A stretch of DNA of 64,000 nt from Pecten maximus. Taxonomy: Eukaryota. The stretch covers positions 17,050,001-17,114,000 of the forward strand of contig NC_047019.1 in NCBI RefSeq assembly GCF_902652985.1, in the 5' to 3' direction. A program made the translations under genes and the position numbers. The notes under the pieces were generated by a model, which was not told where the DNA came from, ran no database searches, and saw only the letters and a program-made list of their open reading frames with translations. Positions 54,180-64,000 of the stretch are shown here, piece after piece (position 1 is the stretch's first letter; each line of letters opens with the position of its first letter).

Positions 54180-56240
54180 GTAGTGCAACTAGTACGGCAA
54201 CGATGTTTGGACTCGTTTCCGGTATCGCTTCGGCGACATAACAACTTCGACACGGCGATAAACACAAGTCAATATCTGCTTTTACAGGTATTATAGGGAT
54301 GGAGGGTTAGTTATGAATGATAAAGCATATATTAAGGTTTCACCAAGCCTTCAAAGAGATATCGCTTTTTATCCGAGATTTCAGTAAATAGATTTGAATG
54401 TCACGCATTAACAGATAATACCACTTTCAGCTTCATTTGGCTTCGATTTGTCGATTTGTTTTAGGACAATCTTCTACAGTGATTCAATTTGTCAAATGTT
54501 CAGATTTTGCCCTTTCTTTTGATATATAATTTGATTATGATAGTCTGTTAAAGATAAAAATAATCCCAAATTTGTGTTCGATATCAAACTTCTATTGCAA
54601 CGGTTTGGAACTTGGTAGTGTGTAACGTACGCATTATCGCATTGAAACTAATCCAAACCGTTGCGTCGAGATTGACACCACGATGTAAACAATTAGTCAT
54701 ACTAGGTCGTTTCTGGATCAAATGTAACAATCTATGTATCCATTTATGGGCATTAACCCAGGGCATCGTTTTTCACTCATGTTCTGTGGATTTTTTTGCA
54801 AAATTAAACAGGATAAAGGCAAAAGTTTGGAAATGTCGGAAGGAATTCGCATCTCCTTGAAAGTAAATAGCAATATTTTATGTTTTATATGAACAATCTT
54901 CATGGAAACACCGTACTTATATAAAGCTTAATACTTCATAAAACCGCGAGTTGAGTATAGGGTTGTGACAACATGCGCATGGTGTTAAAATAGCACTAGT
55001 TTGAACCTACCCTTTTGCTTCTACTGCATCGAGGCGTATACCGGAAACGGGTCCAAACATCGTTGCCGTACTAGTTGCACTACAGTGACGATCGAGCGGA
55101 ACGGCACCCCATCTCACTTCAATCGACTAAAAAACACATTTGTTCAAACTGACACAATGCATACTATATGCGACCGTCATCAGGAAACCGCGATTCATCT
55201 TTAACCTATATACCGTGTCACTCAATACGAATTTTTACATCCAAAACAAATAATCCGTGAAAATATCGCCGAATTCCTCCAACAAAACACCATTTTTCAA
55301 ACTGCTTCCTCAGCCTGTACAGATTTCTCATTTGCATACGGGGTTGAAAGGTCATGCGATTATATACATGTAATCGACTGTCACCAGGTGCACTTTTTGT
55401 GGTCATCTCGGCAAATATTGTACAGGTGCATGTACAGGATGTCGTTTATGAGATCACGGACTAAGATAGTATATTTGTTTTTATGCCAGTGATGAGATCG
55501 TCCTTTCCATTTCTTCAACTGCATCATTTCGGTAGTTGTTGAAACTTCGTTTTAAAATCGAAAGATTGCATTTAACGGTGCTCAATAACTTGTTCAAGAC
55601 AGGGCCTGGACATTATACGTATACCATGAACTTGCAGAATCGGTTGAAATTTTTCGAAGTTGTTAAAATTTGGACGGGGTAATAGCTGATAGTTGTTCAA
55701 TATTTTGTCTTCAAATTGGACTTTCAATCTATTTAGGGTTATGTCTATCTGCAGTTAAATAAATGGACCAATACATGACTATATATAGACCACACACAAT
55801 ACCTGTAAGTATAAGAGGTTTAATATTTAATACATACCGACTTTTTGAAAAGAATCATGAATGTTAAAAAGAGTACACCTATTTTGTTGTTATACTCTGA
55901 GCTTGGTCGTTTACCTCTGCAAATTACCAGGAAATGCCGAATAGTTAAATACTGGTTGAAGTTAACTAAGACTTAACTAATAATTGTATATTAACGTCCG
56001 TGTACGACGATACGATTATATGTAATCACAGAAACTGTAACTGGCAATGCCAGGTTAAAAACTTACTGATGTCTACTGGCTTTGGTGATGTTTGGTTAAA
56101 TCAAAGCGTTATTACGAAAAAGTATTTTAGCATCTTTTCAAACAACGCCTAACCGATGTTTTTATTCAATCAAGGAATGAATTTACTGAAAATTCATCAA
56201 AATGTTATCTGTATAAATTCTTGTTAAACTCTTTTACTCT

Positions 56241-59200
56241 CATCATCATCATCATCATCATACTTTATTTCCTCCGGTTGGAGATTTTAAATACAAGGAA
56301 ATCGACATAAAAAAAGTAAATGAACAGAGGAATTAGAAGAAAACGCGAAAAAAAATATGTATATACATCGAGATGCAAGCGCGGCATTGAAAGGGATTTT
56401 CATGTCCGCGCGAAACAGTTACGTTGGTTTAAGTCAAGACATTACGACAGACATCGCGTAACACGAGCGACAAATCGAACAGATTTCATGAGGAATTGTT
56501 CATAGTCTGTATCGTCAATGAATGGAATTCCTGTATTGGCTCCTAATATGGCGCGGGTGAAGGCAGTAGCATCCATTTTCTCAATGAAAAGGAATACAGT
56601 TGGACCGAAGGTAATGAGAATATCTTCCATAAAGCTTTGTTTTAGAGCAATATTGGCTATACAATCAGCACACAGATGAATTACTGCGACGTCATGAGAC
56701 ATTGTGCAGAGTGGGCATTGTTCATCGGCAAGGCGACTAGGCAGAGCCAACACAGAACATATATAATAAATGTTTTGCATATCGGACGGAGATTCCGCAG
56801 CATGCCACAAGCTATATAGGTCATATGAGCAATGAATATTTTGGAAAAAGGAGAAGTCATTATCATTTGCCATACGTTCCTTGAGAGCCGAGTTTTCGTA
56901 GTTGTAGGACCTAATAGTGGATTTCACTATGCGTTTCCATTGGGACTTGGTTGGAAATATGTAAGACCGTAGATATGTCTCCAAATAATAAAGAAGATTG
57001 TATTTCCGGAGTACTTTAACTATATCAGGGAAATATCCTTTATGGTTAGCTGGTTTGTTGGGTAACACTGAAATATATAAATGTAGACGTATGGTAAAAA
57101 TTTGCTTCGGCAGATAGGATTGGTCCATAGCTATCATTTTTTGTAGAAACAGTAGTTTCCTCCGGTCGACTTCTGCTGAGATTCTGAAAAGACCAAGTAT
57201 AGGTTCGGCTATATCTGACCTTGTACGACGTGGTAAACCCAGTATGAGTTTTACAGCGTAGTGTTGAAAGCAAGCAATCTTGGAGATTTCTGTTACAGTG
57301 AGATTAGTCCAATGTTCACACCCATACAGAATCGACGGTAAAACGACTTTCTTGTAGAGACTGGTTTTAACGACAGGACTTATTGCAGATAAGGAGGGAG
57401 CTACACCAACAATAGAATGTAAGGTTCTTCTACCTTTATCACAAGCGTTGGTGATACGTTCGGCGTTAGACAGTTTGGACGAAAACACTGTACCCAGGTG
57501 AGTTTGGGAGTGTGGGATATCAAGGGTATGATGGCCTAGTGTCCATGTTTCATTCGGATTCCTTGGAATGTGGTTTCCGATTACTAAAACTTTGCACTTT
57601 GTATCACTGAACTCGAACTTCCACTTCATGCTATATTCCTGACAAATGTTCAACAGGTGTTGTAGCGAACGCGGAGATGTGCTGATGAGGGTGATGTCAT
57701 CTGCCAGAGTTGGATTCCCAGAAGGGACCCTATCGATAACGGCGCCATGTTTGCTTTTACTTAGATAGTCAAGTAGGTTATCAATAAACGTTTGATAAAG
57801 AAAAGTAGATAAAACACCACCTTGTCGGACTCCAGATTCAACGGGAAACCAATGTGACGTCATACCCTGCCACGTCACGGCGCTCGACATACCCTTGTAC
57901 GCCTCGCGAATGGTGTTAAGCAGATGGCCTGTGATGCCGACATTAGTGAGTTTACGAAAAAGGCCTGTGTGCCAGACGGTATCGAAAGCCTTTTTTATAT
58001 CCAGGAATGCAACAAACACTTTGCTTCCTAACTCTATGTTATGAAAAATTGTTTCTCGGAGAGAAAATGTGGCAGTTGTACAACTGAGAGACTTGCGGAA
58101 ACCGTTCTGTTGGTCGTTTGGGAATGATAAAAGTGAAGTCTTTAGACTGTCATGAATTCTGTTGTTGATCACTGATTCAAAAAGTTTGTATATACAGCAT
58201 AAGAGAGTAATTGGCCTGTAGCTTGCGGGATCACCGCGAGATTTGTTACCGCCTTTGAATATGAGAAGAATTATACCTCGTTTCCATACATTGGGCACGT
58301 GCTCAAGCTCCAGACATTTGGCGAAGAGTTTTTGAAGACACAATATCAGAGTCCGTCCTCCATATCGTAAATACTCGTTTTGAATAAGATCTACTCCGGG
58401 TGCTTTGTTGAATTTCAAACCTCGGATAGCGCACTCAACTTCGTCGAAGTTTATATTTCTGTTTAGATCATCGTGATCGAAAATGTCCTTAGGGTCATCA
58501 AGTTCGGCGTCGAACATTTCTGCCCTCCTAGAATTAACCTTATAAACAGACTGGAAGTAATTACCAAAAGCTTGCGCAATATCGACGGGAGAGCGTAAGG
58601 TTTCGTTACCGACCTTAAATGGTGAAACTTTGAGACGTGAAGGACGTTTTAGAAGCTTCAGTGCTCTCCAAAATGTCTTGCTGTCAACAACTGCAGCATC
58701 ATTCAGATCTTGGTGAAGACTTCGTAGGTGTTCGTTATAGGCTGCGCATTGAGTATTCTTGAATATACGTTTCGCTAGTTTATATTCCCGGTAAGAGGGA
58801 TGATCGGGTCCACGTGGTTTACCTTCAGACATCCACTCTCTTCGTCGCGCACGAGCAGTCTTGTGGGCAGATTTCACGTTGATGTTCCAATAAGGCTTCA
58901 ACTGTGGGTTGTATCTTGACATAGGGATACACGAATATGCACAAGCGATCAATGCGTCGGTAATAAGCGTGTGGAACCTGTCAATATTCGGTGGTTCGTT
59001 GATTTCGAAATCTTGAAAAGACCGTAGGGTGCTGTCAACAGCGAGCTGATACCGGATCAACTGATCTGTAGAACATTTACTCCAAAGAGGGTGTGAGGTA
59101 GGGGTTGGAAGTGCAGATCGTTGGATCAAAGGAGATTTGATAACACATTCCAGAACTGCATGATCAGAGGCGATATCGGCATCGGCAGAGGAAAAGACTC

Positions 59201-60219
59201 TGCATGATTGAATACAGTCGAGCATCGTGTCTGTAACAAGAATATAATCAATGGTAGTTTCAAGAGGTAGATACGTATAGGGAAGGCCACTACACAAACC
59301 CGATTTGTTAATCGGTATAAGGTTGTTGGATGAGATGAATTTGCGAAGTAGGCTTTGCTTACGACGCGCCGAGTAAGAAACAGGTAAGGTGTCATATTGT
59401 GCGTTGAAGTCGCCAATCACAGTCACATCTCCAAGCTCAGAGTAAAACGGACGACATCACTAAGAGTTTCGACCGCTTCGACATATTGGTTAACGTTCGA
59501 GTCGCTGGGCATATAAACACCAAACAATAAAGAGGCGTGGAATTACCTCGATGTATATTTAATCCAAAGATGTGATTAGACCGGTTGATACCAATTCCCT
59601 CCACGGTGTAACAAAGATTTTTGTTTACTAAAAATATCAGGCCACCGGACCCACAACAGATAGTTTCATAGTTCGCGTCCGTGGAACTCGGATATGTGTC
59701 AAAATGTTCGTGGATACTATTTGGAAAATCAGCACATTGCTGCGAGAGGCGTAGTTCACAGAGGAAAGCTATGTCGTATGAGTTCGCTGACAGTATGTTG
59801 TTTATACAAAAGGATGATGAGATGATCCCTCTGACATTCCAAGTGAGAATAGATAGTGACATGATAATCCAAAGACTTACCGAACACGAGTAAATGTTAA
59901 TAATATTGCTGGTCATAGCTTTCTTTAAAAGAGTTCACTGGATTCGACGATACTTTGTCACGCCATAACTTGTTACGGATCCATCTCCTACATTTGATCT
60001 CCCTTGGCCAAAAGTCATTGCTTTCAAGCACACACGCTTGATCCTTCGGTACGGAAACTTTTGCAGAAAGCAAGCCGTTTCGCGAGTTGAAAATGTTAAT
60101 TCGCGATACCGAGACACCAGCTGATGTAAGGTATTTTTTAATACCTGTTTCAGTGGAAGATTCGCCGATGTTACCAATGTAAAACTGGACAGATTTGGCT
60201 CTACGGGCTCCCACAAAAA
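56241..60219 (-). mobile_element. 5'-truncated LINE (RTE-X-like) with (ATG)n tail, ORF1 3' end plus ORF2
   Basis: (CAT)7 at 56241-61; ORF1 remnant 59897-60214 (FYIGNI..SAKVSV..FWP..IKCRRW); flanked by 298-bp direct repeats. Confidence 0.88.
56442..59862 (-). CDS. LINE ORF2: APE endonuclease + reverse transcriptase (frameshift near 59500)
   Basis: SILTWNVRG, GDFNA, TIDYI, SDH (APE); KAPGVD, YRPITL, FLDIKKAFD, GVRQGGVLS, LADD, HLG (RT); 994-aa open portion 56442-59426. Confidence 0.92.
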
Positions 60220-61362
60220 AGTTAAATACTGGTTGAAGTTAACTAAGACTTAACTAATAATTGTATATTAAAGTCCGTGTACGACGATACGATTATATGC
60301 AATCACAGAAACTGTAACTGGCAATGCCAGGTTAAAAACTTACTGATGTCTACTGGCTTTGGTGATGTTTGGTTAAATCAAAGCGTTATTACGAAAAAGT
60401 ATTTTAGCATCTTTTCAAACAACGCCTAACCGATGTTTTTATTCAATCAAGGAATGAATTTACTGAAAATTCATCAAAATGTTATCTGTATAAATTCTTG
60501 TTAAACTCTTTTACTCTACAGTATTATTTAACAAAATCAATTCCAGATATTTATCATCGGCTTATATCAAAGTTTCGTTTATCATCTCATCAGTTAAGTA
60601 TAGAAGGCAGACATCGTAATATCCCAAGGGCACATAGAATTTGGTAATTTGGAAAATCAGGTAGAAGATGAATTTCATTTTATTCATAATTGTCCTCTGT
60701 ATGCAACTTTACGTAAGAAATTGATCAAAAATGGCTATTGGAACCGTCCGTCGTCGTATAAACTTGTACAGTTACTAGCAGTACGTAATAGTAAGGAACT
60801 TTGTCATTTAGTTAAATATTACGATCAAGTTTATTATTACGTTCAACGTTTCAAGCTTAATATGTATTGTTTAATTACCATGTATTTTCTTCCGGTTACC
60901 TATTGCACATGACATTTTCTGGCACATTTTTTACTTCATATGTTATGCCTGTCGTCTTCCAATCTATCAAATTATGAATATGACTTCATACAATTATCCC
61001 ATATATATTTCACAGCTGTCCGCCATTTTATCAAAATCATTCTTGTCTTGGACAATGTAGGTTATTTTTCATATCATACTTAACATTTTGTATATAGGTT
61101 TTTGATATCCTTATTGTACATACACATGACATTATTCTGTTTTTGCTGTAATACCGATGGACCGCAAGGCCTAAAGTGAATAAACAAACAAACAAACAAT
61201 TTTCTAGGCCTTGTTGAAAATAGACTAATTTTGAAATCAGCAGTTTGCAACCGTCGGCTCATTATAGTTGCTAGAGAGCTTGTTTTCCGTTTTATCTTTA
61301 TTATTTGAACTCTGATCGTTTTAGTGTGCTAGTGCTATATTTTCTATGACATTTCATTAATC

Positions 61363-61705
61363 GTCTGACCGATCTGAAATTAGGAACAACAATGCATGAA
61401 ATGTCAAAGAAAATGTATCATTCAACAGATAAAACTTCACTAGAAAAAATAAAGTATCCTGGACCGTTTGGGTAAATTTTACCCACAGCTTACATAACAT
61501 GCTAATTTGTGTCTTTCCCATCACGATCACGTGAAAGTGCCCGTTTTCTGATATAAAATAAAATATTTTCTAAGCGTCTGACCGATATGAAATTAAGAAC
61601 AATAATGTATGAAATGTCAAAGAAAATGTATCATTAAACAGATAAAACTTCACTTCACTAGAAAAAATAGAGTATCCTGGACCGTTTGGGTAATTTTGAC
61701 CCACA
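61363..61705. repeat. Diverged direct repeat, period ~213 bp
   Basis: CGTCTGACCGAT.TGAAATTA...CCTGGACCGTTTGGGTAA.TTT.ACCCACA twice. Confidence 0.8.
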
Positions 61706-62229
61706 TCACGATACTAGTTTTTGTATTATCGACCTTGATTTGAAGAGAAATAGCTCTCATAACATCAATAAAATGACACAAAATATACACAGATTTGTTA
61801 AATTATACCAAACCAGAAATCAAACTTGTGACTTGCGTTTAATTTCGGTCTACTTCGCCACAAAATAGGCTTATTTCGAAACGGCGCTACCAAGCGATGC
61901 AGCCAGTATAGTGAAATATTGAAAAGTATCAAACTAATAAAACTTATAAATAAAAGTTGTTTTGCAGTGAAAATTTCTAAGTTTTACAGTAAAAATATAA
62001 GTTTTCCGTTTCAAGTTGACCAATCAGAGCAAACCTTGTTCCACCTACGGTTGCCACTTGTTGATTTTTCCGGTTGAAGCGGAGATAGATAAATTTGTTA
62101 TTTTGCTTTATTTCTGAAATATTCTGTCTTGTTTTTGACAAAATACTCACTTGACGTTAGCTGTTTATGCAGAGATTCTCCGAAAAAAACAGAAAACGCT
62201 TAAATTGCGCTGATCAGTCCTCTCAAAAT

Positions 62230-64000
62230 CACTGTGTGCGAACTCAACTGTACGGTTACCGGATGTTGCGATAGCTGAAGCGATTGAAAATGGCTGCTGA
62301 TTGCAGAGGTAAGAAGAAAATAACAATTATGTACCGATAAAGAGGGAATTGATACAAAGAATACGTTTTGGTACATGTATAGATATCAATCTCGCCCTGA
62401 GACTATGAACATGTCTTTTAACTATAACCAAACTATTGCAAGGATTAAAAATCACTTGCTCCTCATCGAAAATTTCATCTGAAAGATGTTATTATTTTCA
62501 TTTATATCGTCTCGTTATGTGTTATGTCTTCTATTTTAGTTCTGATACGAAAGTTTGAACCCCGATTATTATATATCACCATTCCTACACGATGTAATAT
62601 TATGCAAACTTACATTTTACGGGAAAAATTACACGGAGTTGAATACGGGAATATGTTCGGTTGTTATGAAAGTACTGTAAGGGTTGTAACCATCACAATT
62701 ACCCGTACGTTTTTTTTCATAAATCGCTACAACCCTTACAGTTTTAAAATTAAAAAATGTTATTAAATTACAAAAATATCGTGGACATTGAGAGTGTGGC
62801 CCAGACTACTTATATTATACATTATAAGTAGTCTGGGTCACACTCTCAATGTCCACGATATTTTTGTAGTTTATTCGATATTAAAAAATGTTTCTAATGA
62901 GATTTCTTGTTTACCGTTTCAGATCACGATGGAGTACCGTTGCTTTTATTGTGATTTCAAATGTTGCTGTTTGAAGACGTAATTGAGCACAGTCAAACTT
63001 AACATGGACATGAAATACTTAAATTCAAAATTGCAAAACACTCCCCAAAAGGAACTATAGTTCAGACCAAAAATTTCCAAATTGTACCAGATGTAGTAGG
63101 AAGACAGGAGGAAAAGATGGAAGTAAATAGTGACACATGTACTATCACATTACAGGAAAGTGATGATGGCTTTGCTTCTCCGTGCAGCAAAGTTCATTGT
63201 AGACCTTCTACGTCATTTAAGAATGTCAAGCAGTTATCGTTTGTTGCTAACACCTCTGAAGATGAGGATGGAGATGATGAACATGATTTAAGCGCTTTCT
63301 TCCAAGAAATTTCTTTACTTGATTGTGACCGTTCCAAAGCTTTTCGACACAGACAGAAGATACTGACGAGCTATATATATATATATAAACAGATCACACA
63401 GATGCTCCCAGGCGTCAGTCAAACTTTAAAGGAAAACAACATGACAAATATGTATGTAAAATTTAACGACCTGCTAAACCGTAAAGCATTACCAATGAAA
63501 AACATCGCATTTCTTTTGTTTTCTGATGTTGTGGTTGGTACTCCCATGACAATACTCATGCTATGCGGTATTCCGCCGTGGTGAAACATATTTGGAGAAC
63601 AGGATTAAAGCTGTTAAAAGGGAAATTCCTGAGATTTATGGGAGGTTGGAAGAATCAGGGTTTAAATCAGAAGGGACAAACCAGTTCACAGGATGCGAAA
63701 ATAGATTTTGCTGTTCCAAATCATTTATGTTTAGAGGATATTAAGCTTTGACAAAAACTAAGAAATGTAAAGCCAGGAATATTGAACGAGATGATAGAAA
63801 TGGCAAAACGGGACGACGTGGAGCAGCACAATACATTCAAACTCTGTATCGACGGTAAACAAATAAGCACAGGTGCAATTGATCAGAAAGAAGGTGATGT
63901 AAATATATGGGGCTATGAAACAGAACCTACATTGTTACAACGGAAAGATGAACTACAGAGAGACAAAATGCTAATTGAAACATTTGCAAATTTATTGGAA
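62230..64000 (+). mobile_element. Left end of DNA transposon C (CACTGTG terminus) with disrupted transposase N-terminus, runs off window
   Basis: Starts CACTGTG; shares ACCGGAT.TTG...TAGCTGAAGCG...GAG|GTAAG with the TIR of element A; acceptor at 62922 then ATG 62929 MEYRCFYCDF (C2H2-like), MRYS...W..G.KL.KGKFLRFMGG, FAVP, FKLCIDGKQI (candidate first catalytic Asp); stops and frameshifts present. Confidence 0.65.

Larger units (their letters stand above)
51031..55087. mobile_element. Non-autonomous DNA element B (~0.9 kb net), CACTGTAG termini, 5-bp TSD, interrupted by element A
   Basis: After removing A, ~50-bp TIR CACTGTAGTGCAACTAGTACGGCAACGATGTTTGGAC.. matches ..GTCCAAACATCGTTGCCGTACTAGTTGCACTACAGTG; TSD ACGAT at 51026-30 and 55088-92. 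Confidence 0.88.
55780..60860 (+). pseudogene. Degraded + strand LINE 3' fragment (55780-56240 and 60220-60860), split by a younger LINE
   Basis: YSELGRLPL, VKYWLKL, SKFRLSSHQLSIEGR, VEDEFHFIHNCPLY motifs; same type as 47000-48095. Confidence 0.75.

Noticed and set aside
51036-55082. Academ-like TAG..CTA termini
   Set aside because: The TAG boundaries give no TSD; CAC boundaries give exact 5-bp TSDs for both elements
62230-62270. RAG-type recombination signal / RAG1-like transposon
   Set aside because: Heptamer-like CACTGTG present but no nonamer at 12/23 spacing, and the coding remnants show no RAG1 motifs I can recognise

Overview
AT-rich, intron-containing animal DNA; the repeat landscape suggests a bivalve mollusc (inference). 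Two host genes are supported by splice-phase-consistent exon chains: the 3' part of SMCR8 (+, 864-11393) and a C14orf28-like protein with USP/papain-like Cys/His/Asp motifs behind a long Lys-rich and Gln-rich N-terminus (-, 32961-44139). A 12-kb EnSpm/CACTA-type transposon (17244-29305; CCC..GGG ends, 2-bp TSD) splits a 60-bp satellite. It carries a transposase, a divergently oriented BEN-domain gene with TPxK repeats, and a nested Harbinger derivative. Other mobile DNA includes a probable solo LTR and LINE remnants, one inserted with a 298-bp flanking duplication. The most unusual signal is a set of three DNA elements with CAC termini (51031-55087, 51040-54179, 62230-end). The two complete ones have 5-bp TSDs, which are Transib/RAG-like end features, yet the coding remnants look like a P-element-related transposase. 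Region 24815-27290 is assembly junk plus a gap. All family assignments are from motif recognition by eye, with no database searches.
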